Below are positions 11,558 to 25,597 of a DNA stretch of 64,000 bases, in pieces. Where the stretch lies: NCBI GenBank assembly GCA_964057225.1, contig OZ059897.1:1054001-1118000 (forward strand), written 5' to 3'. The position numbers were made by a program, and so were the translations under genes. This stretch comes from Auanema rhodensis. Lineage: Eukaryota; Animalia; Nematoda. Below the pieces are notes generated by a model that saw nothing but the letters and a program-made list of their open reading frames with translations, was not told the DNA's origin and made no database searches. How positions within the stretch are numbered: position 1 is the stretch's first letter; each line of letters begins with the position of its first letter.

Positions 11558-14500
11558 TCACCCTGAAGAATTAATTTTTTCGTTGAATAAAATTGTCCAT
11601 CGTCTTTGCCTTGAGAAAAGGAATCTAAGAACATCTAGTTTTTGTAAAATTATCTTGAAATTTTTCGGGAAAATTTTTGTCAAAATGTTTTTGGAAGCAA
11701 TGTTGAGTGTACATGGAAACTCAACATACACTAATGCATCATTTTTCAAACAATCATAAATAATTTTTGTATTGAGCGTTTTTCAATGTAGTATAATGCA
11801 TTCGATGCGGATTTTTAAGCTGCGTCGATCTGTGTTATCAGATTTGAGTTAGCTTAAAAATGCACCGAGATATCAACTGATATAAGTTCACACTTATATC
11901 CTCGATTTTCACCCTGAAGAATTAATTTTTTCGTTGAATAACATTGTCCATTGTCTTCGCCTTGAAAAAAAGAATCTAAAAACATCTAGTTTTTGTAAAA
12001 TTATCTTGAAATTTTTCGGGAAAATTTTTGTCAAAATGTTTTTGGAAGCAATGTTGAGTGTACATGGAAACTCAACATACACTAATGCATCATTTTTCAA
12101 ACAATCATAAATAATTTTTGTATTGAGCGTTTTTCAATGTAGTATAATGCATTCGATGCGGATTTTTAAGCTGCGTCGATCTGTGTTATCAGATTTGAGT
12201 TAGCTTAAAAATGCACCGAGATATCAACTGATATATGTTCACACTTATATCCTCGATTTTCACCCTGAAGAATTAATTTTTTCGTTGAAAAACATTGTCC
12301 ATGGTCTTCGCCTTAAAAAAAGGAAATTAGAAACATTTACTTTCTGTAAAATTATCTTGAAATTTTTCGGGATAATTTTTGTCAAAATGTTTTTGGAAGC
12401 AATGTTGAGTGTACATGGAAACTCAACATACACTAATGCATCATTTTTCGAACAATCATAAATAATTTTTGTATTGAGCGTTTCTCAATGTTATATAGTG
12501 CATTCGATGCGGATTTCTAAGCTGCGTCGATCTGTGTTATTAGATTTGCGCTAGCTTAAAAATGCACCGAGATATCAACTGATATAAGTTCACACTTATA
12601 TCCTCGATTTTCACCCTGAAGAATTAATTTTTTCGTTGAATAAAATTGTCCATCGTCTTCGCCTTAAGAAAAGGAATCTAAGAACATCTAGTTTTTGTAA
12701 AATTATCTTGAAATTTTTCGGGAAAATTTTTGTCAAAATGTTTTTGGAAGCAATGTTGAGTGTACATGGAAACTCAACATACACTAATGCATCATTTTTC
12801 AAACAATCATAAATAATTTTTGTATTGAGCGTTTTTCAATGTAGTATAGTGCATTCGATGCGGATTTTCAAGCTGCGTCGATCTGTGTTATCAGATTTGC
12901 GCCAGCTTAAAAATGCACCCAGATATCAACTGATATAAATTCACACTTATATCCTCGATTTTCACCCTGAAGAATTAATTTTTTCGTTGAATAACATTGT
13001 CCATCGTCTTCGCCTTAAAAAAAGGAATCTAAAAACATATACTTTTCGTGAAATTATCTTGAAATTTTTCGGGAAAATTTTTGTCAAAATGTTTTTGGAA
13101 GCAATGTTGAGTGTACATGGAAACTCAACATACACTAATGCATCATTTTTCAAACAATCATAAATAATTTTTGTATTGAGCGTTTTTCAATGTAGTATAA
13201 TGCATTCGATGCGGATTTTTAAGCTGCGTCGATCTGTGTTATCAGATTTGAGTTAGCTTAAAAATGCACCGAGATATCAACTGATATATGTTCACACTTA
13301 TATCCTCGATTTTCACCCTGAAGAATTAATTTTTTCGTTGAAAAACATTGTCCATGGTCTTCGCCTTAAAAAAAGGAAATTAGAAACATTTACTTTCTGT
13401 AAAATTATCTTGAAATTTTTCGGGATAATTTTTGTCAAAATGTTTTTGGAAGCAATGTTGAGTGTACATGGAAACTCAACATACACTAATGCATCATTTT
13501 TCGAACAATCATAAATAATTTTTGTATTGAGCGTTTCTCAATGTTATATAGTGCATTCGATGCGGATTTCTAAGCTGCGTCGATCTGTGTTATTAGATTT
13601 GCGCTAGCTTAAAAATGCACCGAGATATCAACTGATATAAGTTCACACTTATATCCTCGATTTTCACCCTGAAGAATTAATTTTTTCGTTGAATAAAATT
13701 GTCCATCGTCTTCGCCTTAAGAAAAGGAATCTAAGAACATCTAGTTTTTGTAAAATTATCTTGAAATTTTTCGGGAAAATTTTTGTCAAAATGTTTTTGG
13801 AAGCAATGTTGAGAGTACATGGAAACTCAACATACACTAATGCATCATTTTTCAAACAATCATAAATAATTTTTGTATTGAGCGTTTTTCAATGTAGTAT
13901 AGTGCATTCGATGCGGATTTTCAAGCTGCGTCGATCTGTGTTATCAGATTTGCGCCAGCTTAAAAATGCACCCAGATATCAACTGATATAAATTCACACT
14001 TATATCCTCGATTTTCACCCTGAAGAATTAATTTTTTCGTTGAATAACATTGTCCATCGTCTTCGCCTTAAAAAAAGGAATCTAAAAACATATACTTTTC
14101 GTGAAATTATCTTGAAATTTTTCGGGAAAATTTTTGTCAAAATGTTTTTGGAAGCAATGTTGAGTGTACATGGAAACTCAACATACACTAATGCATCATT
14201 TTTCAAACAATCATAAATAATTTTTGTATTGAGCGTTATTCAATGTAGTATAATGCATTCGATGCGGATTTTTAAGCTGCGTCGATCTGTGTTATCAGAT
14301 TTGAGTTAGCTTAAAAATGCACCGAGATATCAATTGAAATAAGTTCACACTTATATCCTCGATTTTCACCCTGAAGAATTAATTTTTTCGTTGAATAACA
14401 TTGTCCATCGTCTTCGCCTTAAAAAAAGGAATCTAAAAACATCTACTTTTTGTAAAATTATCTTGAAATTTTTTGGGGAAATTTTTGTCAAAATGTTTTT

Positions 14501-15769
14501 GGAAGCAATGTTGAGTGTACATGGAAACTCAACATACACTAATGCATCATTTTTCAAACAATCATAAATAATTTTTGTATTGAGCGTTTCTCAATGTAGT
14601 ATAGTGCATTCGAAACGGATTTTTAAGCTGCGTCGATCTGTGTTATCAGATTTGCGCTAGCTTAAAAATGCACCGAGATATCAACTGATATAAGTTCACA
14701 CTTATATCCTCGATTTTCACCCTGAAGAATTAATTTTTTCGTTGAATAACATTGTCCATCGTTTTCGCCTTGAAAAAAGGAATCTAAAAACATCTACTCT
14801 TCGTTAAATTATCTTGAAATTTTTCGGGAAAATTTTTGTCAAAATGTTTTTGGAAGCAATGTTGAGTGTACATGGAAACTCAACACACACTAATGCATCT
14901 TTTTTCAAACAATCATAAATAATTTTTGTATTGAGCGTTTATCAATGTAGTATAGTGCATTCGATGCGGAATTTTAAGCTGCGTCGATCTGTGTTATCAG
15001 ATTTGCGCTAGCTTAAAAATGCACCGAGATATCAACTGATATAAGTTCACACTTATATCCTCGATTTTCACCCTGAAGAATTAATTTTTTCGTTGAATAA
15101 TAATGTCCATCGTCTTCGCCTTGAAAAAAGGAATCTAAAAACATCTACTCTTCGTTAAATTATCTTGAAATTTTTCGGGAAAATTTTTGTCAAAATGTTT
15201 TTGGAAGCAATGTTGAGTGTACATGGAAACTCAACATACAATAATGCATCATTTTTCAAACAATCATAAATAATTTTTGTATTGAGCGTTATTCAATGTA
15301 GTATAGTGCATTCGATGCGGATTTTTAAGCTGCGTCGATCTGTGTTATCAGATTTGCGCTAGCTTAAAAATGCACCGAGATATCAATTGATAAAAGTTCA
15401 CACTTATATCCTCGATTTTCACCCTGAAGAATTAATTTTTTCGTTGAATAACATTGTCCATCGTTTTCGCCTTGAAAAAAGGAATCTAAAAACATCTACT
15501 CTTCGTTAAATTATCTTGAAATTTTTTGGGGAAATTTTTGTCAAAATGTTTTTGGAAGCAATGTTGAGTGTACATGGAAACTCAACATACAATAATGCAT
15601 CATTTTTCAAACAATCATAAATAATTTTTGTATTGAGCGTTTATCAATGTAGTATAGTGCATTCGATGCGGAATTTTAAGCTGCGTCGATCTGTGTTATC
15701 AGATTTGCGCTAGCTTAAAAATGCACCGAGATATCAACTGATATAAGTTCACACTTATATCCTCGATTT
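11558..15769 (+). repeat. 12-monomer block duplicating 1730-5941 (offset 9828 bp = 28 monomers)
   Basis: The same order of variant monomers appears in both blocks, including the closing three ctcttcgttaaa monomers. One monomer differs (3485 vs 13313). Confidence 0.8.
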
Positions 15770-18700
15770 TCACCCTGAAGAATTAATTTTTTCGTTGAAT
15801 AACATTGTCCATCGTCTTTGCCTTGAAAAAAGAAATCTGAAAACATCTACTTTTCGTAAAATTATCTTGAAATTTTTCGGGAAAATTTTTGTCAAAATGT
15901 TTTTGGAAGCAATGTTGAGTGTACATGGAAACTCAACATACACTAATGCATCATTTTTCAAACAATCATAAATAATTTTTGTATTGAGCGTTTCTTAATG
16001 TATTATAGTGCATTCGATGCGGATTTTTAAGCTGCGTCGATCTGTGTTTTCAGATTTGCACTAGCTTAAAAATGCACCGAGATATCAACTGATATAAGTT
16101 CACACTTATATCCTCGATTTTCACCCTGAAGAATTAATTTTTTCGTTGAATAACATTGTCCATCGTCTTTGCCTTGAAAAAAGGAATCCAAACACATCTA
16201 CTTTTCGTAAAATTATCTTGAAATTTTTCGGGAAAATTTTTGTCAAAATGTTTTTGGAAGCAATGTTGAGTGTACATGGAAACTCAACATACACTAATGC
16301 ATCATTTTTCAAACGATCATAACTAATTTTTGTATTGAGCGTTTCTTAAAGTATTATAGTGCATTCGATGCGGATTTTTAAGCTGCGTCGATCTGTGTTT
16401 TCAGATTTGCACTAGCTTAAAAATGCACCGAGATATCAACTGATATAAGTTCACACTTATATCCTCGATTTTCACCCTGAAGAATTAATTTTTTCGTTGA
16501 ATAACATTGTCCATCGTCTTTGCCTTGAAAAAAGGAATCCAAACACATCTACTTTTCGTAAAATTATCTTGAAATTTTTCGGGAAAATTTTTGTCAAAAT
16601 GTTTTTGGAAGCAATGTTGAGTGTACATGGAAACTCAACATACACTAATGCATCATTTTTCAAACGATCATAACTAATTTTTGTATTGAGCGTTTCTTAA
16701 AGTATTATAGTGCATTCGATGCGGATTTTTAAGCTGCGTCGATCTGTGTTTTCAGATTTGCACTAGCTTAAAAATGCACCGAGATATCAACTGATATAAG
16801 TTCACACTTATATCCTCGATTTTCACCCTGAAGAATTAATTTTTTCGTTGAATAACATTGTCCATCGTCTTTGCCTTGAAAAAAGAAATCTAAAAACATC
16901 TACTTTTCGTAAAATTATCTTGAAATTTTTCAGGAAAATTTTTGTCAAAATGTTTTTGGAAGCAATGTTGAGTGTACATGGAAACTCAACATACACTAAT
17001 GCATCATTTTTCAAACGATCATAACTAATTTTTGTATTGAGCGTTTCTTAATGTTGTATAGTGCATTCGATGCGGATTTTTAAACTGCGTCGATCTGTCT
17101 TATCCGATTTGCGCTAGCTTAAAAATGCACCGAGATATCAACTGATATAAGTTCACACTTATATCCTCGATTTTCACTCTGAAGAATTAATTTTTTCGTT
17201 GAATAACATTGTCCATCGTCTTCGCCTTAAAAAAAAGAATCTAAAAACATCTACTTTTTGTAAAATTATCTTGAAATTTTTCAGGAAAATTTTTGTCAAA
17301 ATGTTTTTGGAAGCAATGTTGAGTGTACATGGAAACTCAACATACACTAATTCATCATTTTTCAAACGATCATAACTAATTTTTGTATTGAGCGTTTCTT
17401 AATGTTGTATAGTGCATTCGATGCGGATTTTTAAACTGCGTCGATCTGTGTTATCAGATTTGCGCTAGCTTAAAAATGCACCGAGATATCAACTGATATA
17501 AGTTCACACTTATATCCTCGATTTTCACCCTGAAGATTTAATTTTTTCGTTGAATAACATTGTCCATCGTCTTTGCCTTGAAAAAAGAAATCTAAAAACA
17601 TCTACTTTTCGTAAAATTATCTTGAAATTGTTCAGGAAAATTTTTGTCAAAATGTTTTTGGAAGCAATGTTGAGTGTACATGGAAACTCAACATACACTA
17701 ATGCATCATTTTTCAAACGATCATAACTAATTTTTGTATTGAGCGTTTCTTAATGTTGTATAGTGCATTCGATGCGGATTTTTAAGCTGCGTCGATCTGT
17801 GTTATTAGATTTGAGTTAGCTTGAAAATGCACCGAGATATCAACTGATATAAGTTCACACTTATATCCTCGATTTTCACCCTGAAGAATTAATTTTTTCG
17901 TTGAAAAACATTGTCCATGGTCTTCGCCTTAAAAAAAGGAAATTAGAAACATTCACTTTCTGTAAAATTATCTTGAAATTTTTCGGGATAATTTTTGTCA
18001 AAATGTTTTTGGAAGCAATGTTGAGTGTACATGGAAACTCAACATACACTAATGCATCATTTTTCAAACAATCATAAATAATTTTTGTATTGAGCGTTTC
18101 TCAATGTTATATAGTGCATTCGATGCGGATTTTTAAGCTGCGTCGATCTGTCTTATCCGATTTGCGCTAGCTTAAAAATGCACCGAGATATCAACTGATA
18201 TAAGTTCACACTTATATCCTCGATTTTCACCCTGAAGAATTAATTTTTTCGTTGAATAACATTGTCCATCGTCTTTGCCTTGAAAAAAGAAATCTAAAAA
18301 CATCTACTTTTCGTAAAATTATCTTGAAATTTTTCAGGAAAATTTTTGTCAAAATGTTTTTGGAAGCAATGTTGAGTGTACATGGAAACTCAACATACAC
18401 TAATGCATCATTTTTCAAACGATCATAACTAATTTTTGTATTGAGCGTTTCTTAATGTTGTATAGTGCATTCGATGCGGATTTTTAAACTGCGTCGATCT
18501 GTCTTATCCGATTTGCGCTAGCTTAAAAATGCACCGAGATATCAACTGATATAAGTTCACACTTATATCCTCGATTTTCACTCTGAAGAATTAATTTTTT
18601 CGTTGAATAACATTGTCCATCGTCTTCGCCTTAAAAAAAAGAATCTAAAAACATCTACTTTTTGTAAAATTATCTTGAAATTTCTCAGGAAAATTTTTGT

Positions 18701-20683
18701 CAAAATGTTTTTGGAAGCAATGTTGAGTGTACATGGAAACTCAACATACACTAATGCATCATTTTTCAAACAATCATAAATAATTTTTGTATTGAGCGTT
18801 TCTTAATGTTGTATAGTGCATTCGATGCGGATTTTTAAACTGCGTCGATCTGTCTTATCCGATTTGCGCTAGCTTAAAAATGCACCGAGATATCAACTGA
18901 TATAAGTTCACACTTATATCCTCGATTTTCACCCTGAAGAATTAATTTTTTCGTTGAATAATATTGTCCATCGTCTTCGCCTTGAGAAAAAGAATCTAAG
19001 AACATCTAGTTTTTGTAAAATTATCTTGAAATTTTTCGGGAAAATTTTTGTCAAAATGTTTTTGGAAGCAATGTTGAGTGTACATGGAAACTCAACATAC
19101 ACTAATGCATCATTTTTCAAACAATCATAAATAATTTTTGTATTGAGCGTTTCTCAATGTGGTATAGTGCATTTGGAACAAATGTTTAAGCTGCGTCGAT
19201 CTGTGTTATCAGATTTGCGCTAGCTTAAAAATGCACCGAGATATCAATTGAAATAAGTTCACACTTATATCCTCGATTTTCACCCTGAAGAATTAATTTT
19301 TTCGTTGAATAACATTGTCCATCGTCTTCGCCTTAAAAAAAGGAAATTAGAAACATTTACTTTCTGTAAAATTATCTTGAAATTTTTCGGGATAATTTTT
19401 GTCAAAATGTTTTTGGAAGCAATGTTGAGTGTACATGGAAACTCAACATACACTAATGCATCATTTTTCAAACAATCATAAATAATTTTTGTATTGAGCG
19501 TTTCTCAATGTGGTATAGTGCATTCGGAACAAATGTTTAAGCTGCGTCGATCTGTGTTATTAGATTTGAGTTAGCTTAAAAATGCACCGAGATATCAACT
19601 GATATAAGTTCACACTTATATCCTCGATTTTCACCCTGAAGAATTAATTTTTTCGTTGAATAAAATTGTCCATCGTCTTCGCCTTGAGAGAAGGAATCAA
19701 AAAACATCTAGTTTTTGTAAAATTATCTTGAAATTTTTCGGGAAAATTTTTGTCAAAATGTTTTTGGAAGCAATGTTGAGTGTACATGGAAACTCAACAT
19801 ACACTAATGCATCATTTTTCAAACAATCATAAATAATTTTTGTATTGAGCGTTTCTCAATGTTATATAGTGCATTCGATGCGGATTTTTAAGCTGCGTCG
19901 ATCTGTGTTATTAGATTTGAGTTAGCTTAAAAATGCACCGAGATATCAACTGATATAAGTTCACACTTATATCCTCGATTTTCACCCTGAAGAATTAATT
20001 TTTTCGTTGAATAAAATTGTCCATCGTCTTCGCCTTGAGAAAAGGAATCTAAGAACATCTAGTTTTTGTAAAATTATCTTGAAATTTTTCGGGAAAATTT
20101 TTGTCAAAATGTTTTTGGAAGCAATGTTGAGTGTACATGGAAACTCAACATACACTAATGCATCATTTTTCAAACGATCATAAATAATTTTTGTATTGAG
20201 CGTTTCTCAATGTGGTATAGTGCATTCGGAACAAATGTTTAAGCTGCGTCGATCTGTGTTATCAGATTTGCGCTAGCTTAAAAATGCACCGAGATATCAA
20301 TTGAAATAAGTTCACACTTATATCCTCGATTTTCACCCTGAAGAATTAATTTTTTCGTTGAATAACATTGTCCATCGTCTTCGCCTTGAGAAAAGGAATC
20401 TAAGAACATCTAGTTTTTGTAAAATTATCTTGAAATTTTTCGGGAAAATTTTTGTCAAAATGTTTTTGGAAGCAATGTTGAGTGTACATGGAAACTCAAC
20501 ATACACTAATGCATCATTTTTCAAACAATCATAAATAATTTTTGTATTGAGCGTTTATCAATGTAGTATAGTGCATTCGATGCGGATTTTTAAGCTGCGT
20601 CGATCTGTGTTATCAGATTTGCGCTAGCTTAAAAATGCACCGAGATATCAATTGAAATAAGTTCACACTTATATCCTCGATTT

Positions 20684-22789
20684 TCACCCTGAAGAATTAA
20701 TTTTTTTGTTGAATAACATTGTCCATCGTCTTCGCCTTAAAAAAAAGAATCTAAAAACATCTAGTTTTTGTAAAATTATCTTGAAATTTTTCGGGAAAAT
20801 TTTTGTCAAAATGTTTTTGGAAGCAATGTTGAGTGTACATGGAAACTCAACATACACTAATGCATCATTTTTCAAACAATCATAAATAATTTTTGTATTG
20901 AGCGTTTATCCATGTAGTATAGTGCCTTCGATGCGGATTTTTAAGCTGCGTCGATCTGTGTTATCAGATTTGCGCTAGCTTAAAAATGCACCGAGATATC
21001 AATTGAAATAAGTTCACACTTATATCCTCGATTTTCACCCTGAAGAATTAATTTTTTTGTTGAATAACATTGTCCATCGTCTTCGCCTTAAAAAAAAGAA
21101 TCTAAAAACATCTAGTTTTTGTAAAATTATCTTGAAATTTTTCGGGAAAATTTTTGTCAAAATGTTTTTGGAAGCAATGTTGAGTGTACATGGAAACTCA
21201 ACATACACTAATGCATCATTTTTCAAACAATCATAAATAATTTTTGTATTGAGCGTTTATCCATGTAGTATAGTGCCTTCGATGCGGATTTTTAAGCTGC
21301 GTCGATCTGTGTTATCAGATTTGCGCTAGCTTAAAAATGCACCGAGATATCAATTGAAATAAGTTCACATTTATATCCTCGATTTTCACCCTGAAGAATT
21401 AATTTTTTTGTTGAATAACATTGTCCATCGTCTTCGCCTTAAAAAAAAGAATCTAAAAACATCTAGTTTTTGTAAAATTATCTTGAAATTTTTCGGGAAA
21501 ATTTTTGTCAAAATGTTTTTGGAAGCAATGTTGAGTGTACATGGAAACTCAACATACACTAATGCATCATTTTTCAAACAATCATAAATAATTTTTGTAT
21601 TGAGCGTTTATCCATGTAGTATAGTGCCTTCGATGCGGATTTTTAAGCTGCGTCGATCTGTGTTATCAGATTTGAGTTAGCTTAAAAATGCACCGAGATA
21701 TCAACTGATATAAGTTCACACTTATATCCTCGATTTTCACCCTGAAGAATTAATTTTTTTGTTGAATAACATTGTCCATCGTCTTCGCCTTAAAAAAAAG
21801 AATCTAAAAACATCTAGTTTTTGTAAAATTATCTTGAAATTTTTCGGGAAAATTTTTGTCAAAATGTTTTTGGAAGCAATGTTGAGTGTACATGGAAACT
21901 CAACATACACTAATGCATCATTTTTCAAACAATCATAAATAATTTTTGTATTGAGCGTTTATCCATGTAGTATAGTGCCTTCGATGCGGATTTTTAAGCT
22001 GCGTCGATCTGTGTTATCAGATTTGCGCTAGCTTAAAAATGCACCGAGATATCAATTGAAATAAGTTCACACTTATATCCTCGATTTTCACCCTGAAGAA
22101 TTAATTTTTTTGTTGAATAACATTGTCCATCGTCTTCGCCTTAAAAAAAAGAATCTAAAAACATCTAGTTTTTGTAAAATTATCTTGAAATTTTTCGGGA
22201 AAATTTTTGTCAAAATGTTTTTGGAAGCAATGTTGAGTGTACATGGAAACTCAACATACACTAATGCATCATTTTTCAAACAATCATAAATAATTTTTGT
22301 ATTGAGCGTTTATCCATGTAGTATAGTGCCTTCGATGCGGATTTTTAAGCTGCGTCGATCTGTGTTATCAGATTTGCGCTAGCTTAAAAATGCACCGAGA
22401 TATCAATTGAAATAAGTTCACATTTATATCCTCGATTTTCACCCTGAAGAATTAATTTTTTTGTTGAATAACATTGTCCATCGTCTTCGCCTTAAAAAAA
22501 AGAATCTAAAAACATCTAGTTTTTGTAAAATTATCTTGAAATTTTTCGGGAAAATTTTTGTCAAAATGTTTTTGGAAGCAATGTTGAGTGTACATGGAAA
22601 CTCAACATACACTAATGCATCATTTTTCAAACAATCATAAATAATTTTTGTATTGAGCGTTTATCCATGTAGTATAGTGCCTTCGATGCGGATTTTTAAG
22701 CTGCGTCGATCTGTGTTATCAGATTTGAGTTAGCTTAAAAATGCACCGAGATATCAACTGATATAAGTTCACACTTATATCCTCGATTT
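20684..22789 (+). repeat. Six near-identical monomers arranged as a 3-mer x2
   Basis: All six share tttttttgttgaa and atccatgtagtatagtgccttcg. The private allele cacatttatatc occurs at about 21370 and 22423 (offset 1053). Confidence 0.85.
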
Positions 22790-25597
22790 TCACCCTGAAG
22801 AATTAATTTTTTCGTTGAATAACATTGTCCATCGTCTTCGCCTTGAAAAAAAGAATCTAAAAACATCTAGTTTTTGTAAAATTATCTTGAAATTTTTCGG
22901 GAAAATTTTTGTCAAAATGTTTTTGGAAGCAATGTTGAGTGTACATGGAAACTCAACATACACTAATGCATCATTTTTCAAACAATCATAAATAATTTTT
23001 GTATTGAGCGTTTATCCATGTAGTATAGTGCCTTCGATGCGGATTTCTAAGCTGCGTCGATCTGTGTTATCAGATTTGCGCTAGCTTAAAAATGCACCGA
23101 GATATCAACTGATATAAGTTCACACTTATATCCTCGATTTTAACCCTGAAGAATTAATTTTTTCGTTGAAAAACATTGTCCATGGTCTTCGCCTTAAAAA
23201 AAGGAAATTAGAAACATTTACTTTCTGTAAAATTATCTTGAAATTTTTCGGGATAATTTTTGTCAAAATGTTTTTGGAAGCAATGTTGAGTGTACATGGA
23301 AACTCAACATACACTAATGCATCATTTTTCAAACAATCATAAATAATTTTTGTATTGAGCGTTTCTTAATGTATTATAGTGCATTCGATGCGGATTTCTA
23401 AGCTGCGTCGATCTGTGTTATTAGATTTGCGCTAGCTTAAAAATGCACCGAGATATCAACTGATATAAGTTCACACTTATATCCTCGATTTTCACCCTGA
23501 AGAATTAATTTTTTCGTTAAATAACATTGTCCATCGTCTTCGCCTTGAAAAAAGAAATCTAAAAACATCTACTTTTCGTAAAAGTATATTGAAATTTTTT
23601 GGGGAAATTTTTGTCAAAATGTTTTTGGAAGCAATGTTGAGTGTACATGGAAACTCAACATACACTAATGCAACATTTTTCAAACGATCATAACTAATTT
23701 TTGTATTAAGCGTTTCTCAATGTTGTATAGTGCATTCGATGCGGATTTTTAAGCTGCGTCGATCTGTGTTATCAGATTTGCGCTAGCTTAAAAATGCACC
23801 GAGATATCAACTGATATAAGTTCACACTTATATCCTCGATTTTCACCCTGAAGAATTAATTTTTTCGTTAAATAACATTGTCCATCGTCTTCGCCTTGAA
23901 AAAAGAAATCTAAAAACATCTACTTTTCGTAAAAGTATCTTGAAATTTTTTGGGGAAATTTTTGTCAAAATGTTTTTGGAAGCAATGTTGAGTGTACATG
24001 GAAACTCAACATACACTAATGCAACATTTTTCAAACGATCATAACTAATTTTTGTATTAAGCGTTTCTCAATGTTGTATAGTGCATTCGATGCGGATTTT
24101 TAAGCTGCGTCGATCTGTGTTATCAGATTTGAGTTAGCTTAAAAATGCACCGAGATATCAACTGATATAAGTTCACACTTATATCCTCGATTTTCACCCT
24201 GAAGAATTAATTTTTTTGTTGAATAACATTGTCCATCGTCTTCGCCTTGAAAAAAAGAATCTAAAAACATCTAGTTTTTGTAAAATTATCTTGAAATTTC
24301 TCGGGAAAATTTTTGTCAAAATGTTTTTGGAAGCAATGTTGAGTGTACATGGAAACTCAACATACACTAATGCATCATTTTTCAAACAATCATAAATAAT
24401 TTTTGTATTGAGCGTTTATCCATGTAGTATAGTGCCTTCGATGCGGATTTCTAAGCTGCGTCGATCTGTGTTATCAGATTTGCGCTAGCTTAAAAATGCA
24501 CCGAGATATCAACTGATATAAGTTCACACTTATATCCTCGATTTTAACCCTGAAGAATTAATTTTTTCGTTGAAAAACATTGTCCATGGTCTTCGCCTTA
24601 AAAAAAGGAAATTAGAAACATTTACTTTCTGTAAAATTATCTTGAAATTTTTCGGGATAATTTTTGTCAAAATGTTTTTGGAAGCAATGTTGAGTGTACA
24701 TGGAAACTCAACATACACTAATGCATCATTTTTCAAACAATCATAAATAATTTTTGTATTGAGCGTTTCTTAATGTATTATAGTGCATTCGATGCGGATT
24801 TCTAAGCTGCGTCGATCTGTGTTATTAGATTTGCGCTAGCTTAAAAATGCACCGAGATATCAACTGATATAAGTTCACACTTATATCCTCGATTTTCACC
24901 CTGAAGAATTAATTTTTTCGTTAAATAACATTGTCCATCGTCTTCGCCTTGAAAAAAGAAATCTAAAAACATCTACTTTTCGTAAAAGTATCTTGAAATT
25001 TTTTGGGGAAATTTTTGTCAAAATGTTTTTGGAAGCAATGTTGAGTGTACATGGAAACTCAACATACACTAATGCAACATTTTTCAAACGATCATAACTA
25101 ATTTTTGTATTAAGCGTTTCTCAATGTTGTATAGTGCATTCGATGCGGATTTTTAAGCTGCGTCGATCTGTGTTATCAGATTTGCGCTAGCTTAAAAATG
25201 CACCGAGATATCAACTGATATAAGTTCACACTTATATCCTCGATTTTCACCCTGAAGAATTAATTTTTTCGTTAAATAACATTGTCCATCGTCTTCGCCT
25301 TGAAAAAAGAAATCTAAAAACATCTACTTTTCGTAAAAGTATCTTGAAATTTTTTGGGGAAATTTTTGTCAAAATGTTTTTTGAAGCAATGTTGAGTGTA
25401 CATGGAAACTCAACATACACTAATGCAACATTTTTCAAACGATCATAACTAATTTTTGTATTAAGCGTTTCTCAATGTTGTATAGTGCATTCGATGCGGA
25501 TTTTTAAGCTGCGTCGATCTGTGTTATCAGATTTGCGCTAGCTTAAAAATGCACCCAGATATCAACTGATATAAATTCACACTTATATCCTCGATTT
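22790..25597 (+). repeat. Local 4-monomer higher-order repeat x2 (1404-bp period)
   Basis: The ttttaaccc allele is at 23141 and 24545. The gcaacat and gtattaagcg alleles mark monomers 23492, 23843 and 24896, 25247. Confidence 0.85.
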
